DNA from: Rhodovibrionaceae bacterium GXU_MW_A322
GTDB taxonomy: Bacteria; Pseudomonadota; Alphaproteobacteria; Kiloniellales; DSM-21159
Direction of reading: 5' to 3'
DNA: 64,000 nucleotides
Assembly (NCBI GenBank): GCA_052078155.1
Contig: JBQJBP010000006.1
Span: 34,581 to 98,580 of the forward strand
A program made the position numbers and the translations under genes. Position 1 is the stretch's first letter. Each line of letters begins with the position of its first letter. This document shows positions 45,661 through 55,300 of this stretch, one piece after another. The notes under the pieces were generated by a model. The model was not told where the DNA came from and did no database searches. It saw only the letters and a list, made by a program, of their open reading frames with translations.

Positions 45661-47278
45661 CTCCTCTCATTCTGGCTATGCGCCCTTCTTCCATCACGAT
45701 GCGCCCGTCACAATCATCAAAGTAGCGGTCGTCGTGGGTGACCGCGAGAATGGTTTTTCCTGAAGCTTTCAGGTCCGGCAGCATGACTTCATAGAATTTA
45801 CGCCGGAATTCCGGATCCTGATCGGCTGCCCATTCATCAAAGACGTAAATGGGGCGATCTTCAAGCAGTGCGATCACCATAGCCAGACGTTTCCGCTGTC
45901 CGCTGGACAGGGCTTTGGTGTCAAACTGGCCGTCGATCAGTTCCACCTTCTTTTCCAGTTCCATCAGTTTCAGCAATTCATCCAGCCGGTCCTGATCGAC
46001 TTCCCCCAGACCGTAAAGGCGCGGGAAAAGGTGAAAGTTGAAGAAGACGGTGGAGAAGAGACTTTGCAGCAGCTCCAGGTTCTTATGATCGATAAGCTTG
46101 TCGTCCACATAGATGGCCCCTTCTTTGGGGTGATAGAGGCCGGTGGCCATCATCAATAGCGTCGACTTGCCGGAGCCGTTGCCCCCGGAAATGAACAGGA
46201 TCTGGCCTTTGTGTACTTCGAAACTGCAGGGGCCGCAGCGGAAGCTCACGCCGTTTTCCCGGTCATGGTGTTCGTAGACGATGCCTTCAAAGCGGATGGT
46301 TTCAAAGTCCAGCAGTTCTTCGCCGGTGGCTTTGGGGGAGGTGGCGGCTTCCTTCAGCGTCTCTTCCATCCGAATCATCGACTCACAGGCGGCATTGGCC
46401 GTTGCCATGTTGGACATGACACCAACGACCGAGGTCACGGGCCCGATGATGAAGAGCACGATGGTGGTGGTTTTCAACAGCTCTTCGGAAAAGGTTTCGC
46501 CAAAAGCCGGCAGCAGAAAGACCAGTGCGGCAGCCAGCATGTAGAAGGTGGCCTGGGCCATGATGAAAAGCACAGACAGCTGCACGTCCACCTGGACCTT
46601 GTAGCGGGTCACCGTGTGGGAGACGATGTCGATGTAGGACGTCAGATCCCGGGAGCGCTTGTTGTGCAGCCGGTTTTCCTTAAAGCCGTCGATGGCGTCT
46701 GTCAGACCGTCGAACAGCTTGTTTTCTTCAACGATGGTTTTGTGGATGGTGGCGTTGGTTTCGCCCCATTTGCGCAGGTAGATGAAGATGGCCAGCGCCA
46801 TGATGGCAATGGCGAGATAGAAGGCCCAGAGCGACAGGATGGCCAGATAGATCATCGTAAAGAAGATCAGAATGGCCGATTGGACCGCCAGCACCATGGA
46901 ACCGGCCGTTTGGGAGATGACCTGGGGCTGACGGGTGATGTTGGTGAAAATGTTGGCTTTGCCGATGCGCTCAATGGAATCCAGATCGCACTGGCGGATG
47001 TAGTTGACCTGCCGGACCCGGTACTCGTGGATGATCCGTTCCACTTCCCCGGTGGTTGCCACGAAGATGTGCTTTTGGGTGATGGTGTAGATTGCCAGCA
47101 CCACCAGGAACATGGCCAGATACCAGAAATTGGATCCGTTGCCGTCGCTGACGTGGGCTGCCGCCGTGTTGACAACCCCCAGAATCAAGGCGTTGCTCAG
47201 TCCCGCAATCCCGGCGTAAAGGAGGATCTTACGCAGCGGAATGGACGAGTACTGCTGGAAATACCTCAGCAGAACCAT
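45644..47278 (-). CDS. ABC transporter, fused permease/ATPase, cyclic-peptide exporter type (SyrD/PvdE/YojI-like)
   Basis: 544 aa; 6-TM N-terminal half; Walker A (SGGNGSGKST), ABC signature (LSSGQRKRL), Walker B (IYVFDE); size and architecture of the SyrD-family cyclic peptide transporters. Confidence 0.85.
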   Translation of the reverse strand: MVLLRYFQQYSSIPLRKILLYAGIAGLSNALILGVVNTAAAHVSDGNGSNFWYLAMFLVVLAIYTITQKHIFVATTGEVERIIHEYRVRQVNYIRQCDLDSIERIGKANIFTNITRQPQVISQTAGSMVLAVQSAILIFFTMIYLAILSLWAFYLAIAIMALAIFIYLRKWGETNATIHKTIVEENKLFDGLTDAIDGFKENRLHNKRSRDLTSYIDIVSHTVTRYKVQVDVQLSVLFIMAQATFYMLAAALVFLLPAFGETFSEELLKTTTIVLFIIGPVTSVVGVMSNMATANAACESMIRMEETLKEAATSPKATGEELLDFETIRFEGIVYEHHDRENGVSFRCGPCSFEVHKGQILFISGGNGSGKSTLLMMATGLYHPKEGAIYVDDKLIDHKNLELLQSLFSTVFFNFHLFPRLYGLGEVDQDRLDELLKLMELEKKVELIDGQFDTKALSSGQRKRLAMVIALLEDRPIYVFDEWAADQDPEFRRKFYEVMLPDLKASGKTILAVTHDDRYFDDCDGRIVMEEGRIARMRGDAHVL

Positions 47279-47509
47279 GTTCTATCCCGCTCTCGTTTTG
47301 TCCTGTCGGCACCTGCGCCAGGCTCTGGCCAACTTACCATGATCCCCCCAAACAGATCGTCTTTACCCACTGACGATGTATCTCTGATCTCTGCCGCTTT
47401 CCGGCTGCCGGATACATCCTGTCTTTCTACATCAACTCAACAGCTCTTTTCCTTGGTGACAGGGCAGGCGTAACCCCACCCGCATCTCCCTTCTCAAAAG
47501 AGGCTGTGT

Positions 47510-47686
47510 TTAGCTCTTTGCTCTTGTGGAGGAACCGCGTTCTGCCCCCATCAAAAGTATGGCAAAGGTGACGACCGGTGTGACAACGATGGACAAGAGG
47601 AAATAGCCAACAAACCCAATGGTTTTGTGCCGGCCCATCCAGCCAACCGCGATCGACAGTAAGAGATAGATGAAAAAGTAAATCAT
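47510..47686 (-). CDS. small (58 aa) two-helix membrane protein, hypothetical
   Basis: Reverse-strand ORF MIYFFIYLLLSIAVGWMGRHKTIGFVGYFLLSIVVTPVVTFAILLMGAERGSSTRAKS read manually (below the 60-aa cutoff of the ORF track); two hydrophobic helices; 230 nt upstream of the exporter gene. Confidence 0.35.
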   Translation of the reverse strand: MIYFFIYLLLSIAVGWMGRHKTIGFVGYFLLSIVVTPVVTFAILLMGAERGSSTRAKS

Positions 47687-48127
47687 GCCAGTCGTGTCCC
47701 TTACCTAACGTCCCTGCCTTTTTGTTCTTTGTACTTCTGCCGCCGTTTTGATTGCGGCAAAAATCTCTGCTCAGTCGGCGCCTGTTCCGTTCCCGGAAGC
47801 AAAACTCTCACCGGAACCCTTTGCTTTAAGACTGCTTTTCACAGCCTGGCACTTTTGAGTGCTAAGGAGAGTTCTCTGCGTGGCGCGCCCTGGAAACATC
47901 CAGAGAAGCTCCCGACTGCGAAGACGTCACCCTGCAGCATTATCCTCAGCAGTTGCCAAGTCCCTGGCCGTAATCTCGCTTTTGGCTGAACCAAGAACCC
48001 TCAAAGGAATCGGCACCCGGCTTAGCTCCGCTGGTTGTCGCTGCAAACAGCTTGAGAAAAGCGCGGGTGCCGATGAGAAGAAACTCCAAGAACCTGGCCT
48101 GTACCAAAAGAAGAAGGGCCGGGCCTG

Positions 48128-48697
48128 TTAAGCCGCTTTAGCGCCACCCTTCTTGCCGCTGGCTTTGTTCCGCTCCATTTCCTTTTCGAATTCAGCGCGG
48201 AAGTGGGCTTTCATTTCTTCAGGATTGAAGTCCAGCAGCGTACCACCGGCTTCCAGGTGCTGAATGTAAACCCGGCCGATGGCGTAGGTGGCCGCAGCAG
48301 AGAAGCTGGGCATGGTCAGCAGCGCCAGCGGTGCACCAATCACCGGAATGGCTTTGATGGCAGAACCAACGGAGCCCCAGGTCAGCACGTTCGGCACGAT
48401 GCTGCCCAGCAGGGCAGTGATGATGTTCTTGGCGGTGTGCTCGCTGAAGGAGTGACCGTAGAGCTTGGACAGCTTGTTGATCATGTTCAGCTGAACGCCG
48501 GTTACCGTGGCCATGTCCAGGACAGGCACGGGAATGCAGCCCGCGCCAAAGGACCAGGCGCTCAGACGGCGAACCATGGATTGCGCTTCGGCAAGGCGAT
48601 GGGCTTCAGCGTCCACCAGGCTTTCGGGGGCATCAGCTTGATCAGCGGTATTTTCAACAGTGCTCATGTTCTTCTCCCTGCGGGACTTGTTTGTCAA
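48128..48697 (-). CDS. hypothetical protein, DUF697-like membrane-associated domain
   Basis: 189 aa; acidic N-terminus then amphipathic/hydrophobic core (AIKAIPVIGAPLALLTMPSFSAAATYAIGRVY) resembling DUF697 (YcjF C-terminal type); Lys-rich tail. Family assignment is tentative. Confidence 0.5.
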   Translation of the reverse strand: MTNKSRREKNMSTVENTADQADAPESLVDAEAHRLAEAQSMVRRLSAWSFGAGCIPVPVLDMATVTGVQLNMINKLSKLYGHSFSEHTAKNIITALLGSIVPNVLTWGSVGSAIKAIPVIGAPLALLTMPSFSAAATYAIGRVYIQHLEAGGTLLDFNPEEMKAHFRAEFEKEMERNKASGKKGGAKAA

Positions 48698-49221
48698 AGC
48701 CAGCGGCTGCTGGAGACCAGGGTCAGAAGAATGCCCTTATTCTATCGGAAGGTGTTGCAGCTGCAGCTCAACACTCAACTCCGGATTTCAGGGTGCCTTC
48801 TGACTTTACCCTCATTCAAATTCAACCACTCTCAGGCCTTACAGAACTTCCTTAGCCAGCAAGCAGATCCGGAAAACCCGGGCCTTCCATTTCATCTGCC
48901 TGTGCGTGACCAGATGTCGTCTGTTCAGCCTTTTGCCCAACGGTTCCAGCGGTTTGTTCCTATCCTGAAGGAAAAGAGACCGCGGGGTCCTGGATCAAAT
49001 CTATGACCAACCTGTGTGACTTGCCTGTCTTTTCAACGGACCAATCCACCGAGATCACAAATCGCATTTTTCTGCTCCGCGAGAGGCGTAGCACTCTCCA
49101 CTCTATTCTAACTGGATTATTAATGCTAGATGGGGAGACCCCTTTTTTGGCAAATTGTTCAAGTGCTAGAAGGGTTTGACATTACCTTTTTGCAAGAATT
49201 CTGGCGGGGAAGGACTTTCGG

Positions 49222-50586
49222 GTGGGCAGGCAGCAGACAGGCAGTTCAAGCAGGGCAAAGGCCCCCGGTCCCAAAGGTCTGGCGGGCATGGGGCTGATCA
49301 AGGCCTTTAACAAGAACGCCGCCGACGCGCTGCTGGATTTGAACCGTCATTACGGGGATCTGGTGCAGTTTACCTTTGCCGGTAACTTTAACAGTCTGGT
49401 GGCCCATCCTGATCAGATTCAGGAGGTCTTGATTGACAAAGCCTCTCTCTTTCAAAAGGGCCTGGTCTACAAAGCTTACGAGCCGCTGATCGGGCAGGGG
49501 TTGCTGACCAGCGACGGCGCTGTCTGGGAAAAGACGCGCCGAATCGCCGGGCCTTCCTTTAAGGGCCCTCGGCTCAAAAGCTTTGCAGCCACGGCCGCCC
49601 GCCTCAGTCAGAAACGAGCGGATGACTGGCTTAAGCAGGCCAAAGGCAACTGGCTGGATCTGGCCGTGGTGCCGGAAATGAACCGCCTGACGTTTGAGAT
49701 CATCTCGGAAGCGCTCTTTTCAGAAAATCTCTCCCTGGAAACCGATCGCCTGTTTGAAGCGCTCGATAAGGCCAACAAGGAAGGCACAGCGCGCATCCGC
49801 AGCCCTTTGAAATGGCCTTACCATTGGCCCACACCAGCCAACAAACGCTACCAGCGGGCCGTGGCCATTCTGGACGAGGTGGTGGAATTGATGGTGGAGC
49901 GGCGCCTGGGTATGGAGACGCCGCCTGACGACTATTTCACCACCCTGGTGGCGGCCATGACGGCCGGTGACATTGACCGCAAGATGGTGCGCGATCAGGT
50001 GCTGACTTTTCTCTTTGCCGGGCATGAAACCACCAGCAATGGACTGAGTTGGTCGCTGTACCTGCTGGCCGGACATCCGGCGGTCATGGAAGAGGCAGCC
50101 CAGGAAGTGGCGACCGTACTGGGCGACCGTCAGCCGGAGCAGGAGGATCTGGCAAAGTTGCCGTTCCTGAGGGCGGTTTTTGAAGAATCCATGCGGTTGT
50201 ATCCGCCCATCTACGCCCTGCAGCGCCGCTCTCTGGAGGATCTGGAGATTGGGGGCTATGCCATTCCGGCCAGCACAGGTGTGACCATTTCTCCTTATGT
50301 CACTCACCGCCATCCGGCTTTCTGGGACGATCCCGACGCCTTCAATCCGGAACGTTTTGTCGGGGAGGCTGTGCGCAGTCGACCCCGTCTGGCTTACCTG
50401 CCCTTTGGGGCGGGACCGCGGACCTGCATCGGCGCGAACTTTGCCATGGCGGAAGCTCTGGTGCTCTTGGTGGCCATCCTGCAGCGCTTTAAGCTGGTCT
50501 TGTGGGAGGATCAGCCGGTAGCCACCCGCCCGCTCATTTCCCTGGGCCCCGCTTCAGCTCTGCCGGTGAGGTTACTGCCGAAGTGA
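49222..50586 (+). CDS. cytochrome P450 monooxygenase
   Basis: I-helix AGHETTS, EESMRLYPP (ExxR-region), heme loop FGAGPRTCIGANFA; the start could be the MGLIKAF methionine at 49288 instead. Confidence 0.85.
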   Translation: MGRQQTGSSSRAKAPGPKGLAGMGLIKAFNKNAADALLDLNRHYGDLVQFTFAGNFNSLVAHPDQIQEVLIDKASLFQKGLVYKAYEPLIGQGLLTSDGAVWEKTRRIAGPSFKGPRLKSFAATAARLSQKRADDWLKQAKGNWLDLAVVPEMNRLTFEIISEALFSENLSLETDRLFEALDKANKEGTARIRSPLKWPYHWPTPANKRYQRAVAILDEVVELMVERRLGMETPPDDYFTTLVAAMTAGDIDRKMVRDQVLTFLFAGHETTSNGLSWSLYLLAGHPAVMEEAAQEVATVLGDRQPEQEDLAKLPFLRAVFEESMRLYPPIYALQRRSLEDLEIGGYAIPASTGVTISPYVTHRHPAFWDDPDAFNPERFVGEAVRSRPRLAYLPFGAGPRTCIGANFAMAEALVLLVAILQRFKLVLWEDQPVATRPLISLGPASALPVRLLPK

Positions 50587-50616
50587 AGGCAGACCCTTGT
50601 CTCGGAACGAGAGTGC

Positions 50617-51309
50617 CTAGAAAAAACTTGGGCCACCGCAGGGACCGTTGATTAGCTGTTCCCCCACTGTCGTTCTGAAACTCAATGACTTTTGATCTGC
50701 AATTGTAGCGATAATCACTTTGCAGTTGCTCGGGTTGTTTTCCTTAGGGCCAAAGGCAAGTGTCATAGAGGGGAAAACAATGGTGGCAGCCAGAGCTTCG
50801 TGGGTTCCCAATGAGATAGCTCTAGCCCGATTGTGGATTAGGGCTCGGAGCAAATAGGCTTCTTCATTCAAGGTAAGGGGGTGTTGGCCAGGGGCAATAT
50901 CAACCACACAGTTGCGATTGTAGTTGTCCCAGGTTTTTGACTCTTGTTCGATGATCGCGAAACGCGCGCCATTTTTGCCTAACACCCGCCAACGGTCGCT
51001 TTGAGTGCCGTATTTGTACTTCCACTGGTAGGCCTCCTCATCTGAGAGGGCTATCTCTGAAAGGCCGTCCTTATCGATTGCGATGCCATTTTCCACAGCA
51101 TTGCGACAACGGGTAAGCAGATTCTCCCATTGTCTGGCCAGTGTTTTCAGATGGAATTCATCTATCGTGCTGTTGACCGAATTTGCGGTCGATCTGTTGC
51201 CGTTCTGCACTATGGCTGTGGAAACGCCCACGGCTAAAACGGAAAAGAAAATTGTAACAGCGATAATGTAGCGCAACTTTCGGCGTGCGTTGACTTTGGG
51301 TGTCGACAT
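50617..51309 (-). CDS. hypothetical N-terminally membrane-anchored protein encoded in a low-GC patch
   Basis: 230 aa, N-terminal TM (YIIAVTIFFSVLAVGVSTAIV), no recognisable motifs; local GC (~50%) clearly below the flanking ~62%. Confidence 0.55.
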   Translation of the reverse strand: MSTPKVNARRKLRYIIAVTIFFSVLAVGVSTAIVQNGNRSTANSVNSTIDEFHLKTLARQWENLLTRCRNAVENGIAIDKDGLSEIALSDEEAYQWKYKYGTQSDRWRVLGKNGARFAIIEQESKTWDNYNRNCVVDIAPGQHPLTLNEEAYLLRALIHNRARAISLGTHEALAATIVFPSMTLAFGPKENNPSNCKVIIATIADQKSLSFRTTVGEQLINGPCGGPSFF

Positions 51310-51321
51310 TTTGCGTGCGTC

Positions 51322-52383
51322 TCAGTTTTTCAATAGATCTTTGATTTCAGCTTCTTCCGCCGCGTCGCACCAGCGGGCCAGAGCCAGAGAAAAGCGCTCA
51401 AAAGCGGGGCCACTGTCAAAACCCAGCTTGGCGCCGGAAATGACAGTGCGGGCCCAAAGAAAGGCAATGCCCTTGCGATAGTCCTGGGTCACAGTCTCCA
51501 GGCTGTAGTTGTCGACCCCGGCGGCAGTCAGGCTGTCGTGGTAGGCCGCCAGCAACCCGGTAAGGGCTTCTGGCCGGTGGTGGAGGAAGTTTCCGGCAGA
51601 GAGGTAAGCCAGGTCAAAGCCGCCACGACCTTTGATGACCGTCTGCCAGTCCAGCAGGGCCCAGCCGCCATCAGCAAAAAACAGCAGATTGTCCAGCCGC
51701 AGATCACCGTGCAGCACTGTGGCCGGTTCCTGGCTCAGATCTGATCTCAGCTTTGTCAGGGCTGTTCCGGCTGTCGGGGCCAGGTGGTGCAACCAGTCGG
51801 GCAGCTGTTCGCCAAAGGTCTTTTCAAAGGCTGGCCAGCAAGCCTGATAGAAGGCTGCAATGTCCGGGCCCTGATCCAGTCGGGGCAGCCAGTCCGGCAG
51901 TGCTTTGCCATCAGGCCTTTGCCAGAAGTGGGCGTGGAACGCTGCAAGATCTTTGACGATAAAGCTGGCCTTCTTTGGTGCCATGCCGCGCAACTGGTCG
52001 CCGGGGCAGCCGTCCTTCAGGTCTTCCAGCAGCAGGATCGGGGCTGCGTCGTCTCCGCCGCTGGCCAGCAGTTGTGGAATGGTCAGTGGGGAACCATCGG
52101 CCAATTGCTCCAGAAAGAGCTTTTCGCGCTGATAGAAGCCCATCTGGCTCATCATCTGCCGGATTTGAGGGTCCTGTGACGGCAGCTTAACCACCAGACT
52201 GTCGGTGGGGCCTGATGTAAGCGACACCCGCGCCAGTTCGCCGGAAAAGCCGCTGTCTTCCCCCAGCGCTGTCACGGTGATGGGACCGGGAGGCTGGTTC
52301 AGAATCCCGGCAATCCACTCAGCTGTTATGTCGTTGCGCCCAAATGCCTTTTCGGCCGAAGCCTGCTCCCCCTGCTGTGTCAT
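51322..52383 (-). CDS. phosphotransferase-family kinase (APH / CHK / ecdysteroid-kinase-like)
   Basis: 353 aa; catalytic HGDLRLDN and DWQ motifs with an N-terminal nucleotide-binding lobe; start overlaps the stop of the upstream FAAL gene. Confidence 0.75.
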   Translation of the reverse strand: MTQQGEQASAEKAFGRNDITAEWIAGILNQPPGPITVTALGEDSGFSGELARVSLTSGPTDSLVVKLPSQDPQIRQMMSQMGFYQREKLFLEQLADGSPLTIPQLLASGGDDAAPILLLEDLKDGCPGDQLRGMAPKKASFIVKDLAAFHAHFWQRPDGKALPDWLPRLDQGPDIAAFYQACWPAFEKTFGEQLPDWLHHLAPTAGTALTKLRSDLSQEPATVLHGDLRLDNLLFFADGGWALLDWQTVIKGRGGFDLAYLSAGNFLHHRPEALTGLLAAYHDSLTAAGVDNYSLETVTQDYRKGIAFLWARTVISGAKLGFDSGPAFERFSLALARWCDAAEEAEIKDLLKN

Positions 52384-55300
52384 TACAGGTCTTCGACCTC
52401 CTTCAATAGGGCGTCCAGTTCTTCTTCCAGGCCGACCTCAGCAGCAGGCTGGATCTGTTTGGCTTTTGCTTCTGTGGGCGTTGGGGCGGGGGCCTGTCTG
52501 CTCCTTGTCTTGCTTCCCGTTTTCGGGGCTTTCCCTTTGGTCAGGCCCGTGCGGTCCCGGGCCAGAAAGGCCGCCAGCTTGGCAATGGAGGGGTAGTCCC
52601 AGATCAAGGTGGCATCCACAGGCCGTTCCAGGTGGCTTTCCAGGTCCATGGCCAGATTGGTCGCTGAAACGGAATCCATGCCCAGGGTGGCAAAGGGACG
52701 GCTCCGGTCGATGCTGCCCATGGGCAGTGACAGAGCCTGAGCCAGCCAGTCGATCATCCAGTTTTCCAGGCCCAGAGCCGAGGATGTTCCGGAAGTCTGC
52801 TCCGCTTTGTTTGCTGCGGATTTAGGTTTGGGCGTTGCCTCAGTTGCTCGTGCGGGAGGAGGGGGAGTGGAGGTTACTCCTCGATTCTCTGAGAGTTTTG
52901 CGTCGTCTGAAGTCTGGTTGACCGCTTGCTTGGGTGAGGCGGGCAAGTCGTTGGCAGCGGCTGTTTCTGTCGGGGAAACCCGGATGGCATCGGAAGGAGA
53001 CATCCCCTCGTTGAGGCTGCTGTTGAGACTGCTGTCGAGGCTTGTGTCCAGGGCTTGTTCGAGTCCTGGACGCTCGCGACCGGCAGCTCCGATGGCCGCG
53101 CTGTATCCGGCAACGAGAGACTGGAATTCCTCCCCGTCCGGCAAGTCCAGCTGCCGGTCCGTCAGGGCGGTCAACTCCGCCAGTGCAGCATCCAGTTTCC
53201 CTCTTGCCCAGGTCAGGGCCCGGGTTGTGGCAGGGGGCAGGGCCGTGCCGCTGCTTTGGCCTTCCAGAGCTGCAAGGCAAATGGCCCAGGCTGCCGCTTC
53301 ACCACTGTGCTGATTGCGCAGCAGGCGGTCATCCATCTGGTTGGCGGCAGTGTTGGCGGTTGTGGTGTCACTGGCTGGTTCTGACGGGGTTGGTTGTGAT
53401 TGGGCTGGCAACCCTGCTTCCAGCTGCCGGGCAGTTTCCTGCCCGCCCAGATCGGCCCGCAGCAGGGCGTCGATGGCCTGAGGTTGGGCGGACAGCCGGG
53501 CCCCCAGGTGATGGCGCACCACTTCGGTGGGTCCTTCAAAGACCCGGATGGCGCGGGCATCGCGCAGCACCTGGGCCACGCGGTTGTTTTCCATGTATCC
53601 CCGACCGCCCAACTGCTGCAGGGTTTCGTCGGTGATCTGCCAAAGCAGTTCCGGTGCCAGAATTTTCAGTGCGCTGTAGAGATCTTCCGGCGCTCCCTCC
53701 GCGGAGTCCGCCAGATGGGCGGTGGCCTGAACCAGTGCCTCCAGGGCGGTGATGGCGCTGCTGGCCTCCAGCAGACCCTGGCGTACCAGCGGGTGATCCA
53801 GCAAACGTCCGGTGATGACCTGACGCTGGCTGACGAAGTGATGACGCAGCCGCAGCATCTCTTTCATCGCGCCCAGACAGAGCGCTGCCAGGCAAAGCCG
53901 GGTAAAGCGCATGGCGTCCTGCGCCACATCCAGTCCTTGCCCTGCGCCGCCAATGCGGTCTGCGTCACTCAGGCGAACCTCACGGAAATGCACGCGGTTC
54001 TGGACCGTGGCGCGCAGGCCCATGGTGTCGGCTTCCGGCCCGGTGCTGAAGCCGGTCATGCCCCGGCGCAAGAGGAAGGCGGATATGCCCAAGGGGCTGC
54101 CGTCTGCGGCCTTTTCCCGGGCAAAACTATGCAGATACTGCGCCCAGGCGGAAGATCCGCTCCAGATTTTTTCCCCGTTCAGTTCCAGCCCCTGATTGTC
54201 GGGCAGGCCCTGGGCGATGGCTTCGATGCCGCGCACGTTGGAACCCGCAGCAGGTTCAGTATAGGCAAAGGCGATGAGGCGGCGGCCGCTGGCAAGTTCC
54301 GGCAGCAACTCCTGTTTCTGGTCCTCCCGCCCGAAAGCCAGCAGTGGGCGCAAACCCAGGCCGTTCTGTAAAACGGTCATCACGCCCAGACTGAGGTCCA
54401 GCGCGCCGACCTGTTCCAGAACCCGCATGCTGTCCGTTGTCAGCAGGCCTTGCCCGCCATGAATTTCTGGCACCTGCAGCCCCAGCAGGCCAATGTTGCC
54501 AAACTCCAGCAGCAGATGAGGCGCTGGCGTGCGCCGGTCATCCATCTGGCGACTGTCGAGCCTGTCCCGTGCCAGATCCCGCAGGGCGGCCAGCATCAGA
54601 TCAGCCTTGCGGCGGCTGCTGTCCGCATCGCCTTCCACCAGGCAGGATTTCACCCGTGGCAGATGGGTGGTAAAGAGGCCTTTCAGCTTTTCCAGGCGGT
54701 TGTCCAGGAAGGCCTGTCGGCAGGCCCGGCGCTGGATCTTGCCGCTGGAGGTTTTGGCCAGCCCCCCGCGTCCGATGAATGCCAGTTGCTGCAAGGCGAT
54801 GTCATGGGCTTCCGCCACCGCGACCTGGGCTTTTTCGAAGAGATTCGGCAGCGCGTCTTCTTTCAGGCTGCGCGGAACTTCCACCACCAGGCCCAGGGCT
54901 TCGGTGCTGTTGTCCTGGGGATCGGGAAAGGAGAAGGCCGCGGCCTCGCAGCCCTGCAGATCCGGATGACAGGCGGTCAGGGTGGCTTCTATGTCCTGGG
55001 GGAAATGATTGCTGCCGCGGATCACGATCAGGTCTTTCAGCCGGCCGGTGACATAGAGCTCTCCTTCCAGAAAGGCCCCCAGATCGCCGGTGCGCAGATA
55101 GCCCTTTTGCTCTGCTGCCTTACTGTTGGCACGGAGCTCTGCGCCAAAAGCCTCCAGGCTTTCTTCCGGTCTCTGCCAGTAGCCTTTGGCGATCCCGGCA
55201 CCTCTAGCCCAGATTTCACCAATGGTCCCATCCGGGCAGACAGCACCGCTTTCCGGATCAACGACTTTCAGGTCTGTGCTGGGTCCCGGCGCACCACAGC

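Noticed and set aside
48203-49006. 267-aa plus-strand ORF spanning the DUF697-like gene (antisense) and the intergenic region
   Set aside because: It is largely antisense to a better-supported gene. The remaining part lies in low-GC non-coding DNA with no coding periodicity or motifs.
49003-49173. 56-aa plus-strand ORF (MTNLCDLPVF...) in the intergenic region upstream of the P450
   Set aside because: No ribosome-binding site or recognisable features. Mentioned only as part of the non-coding-region finding.
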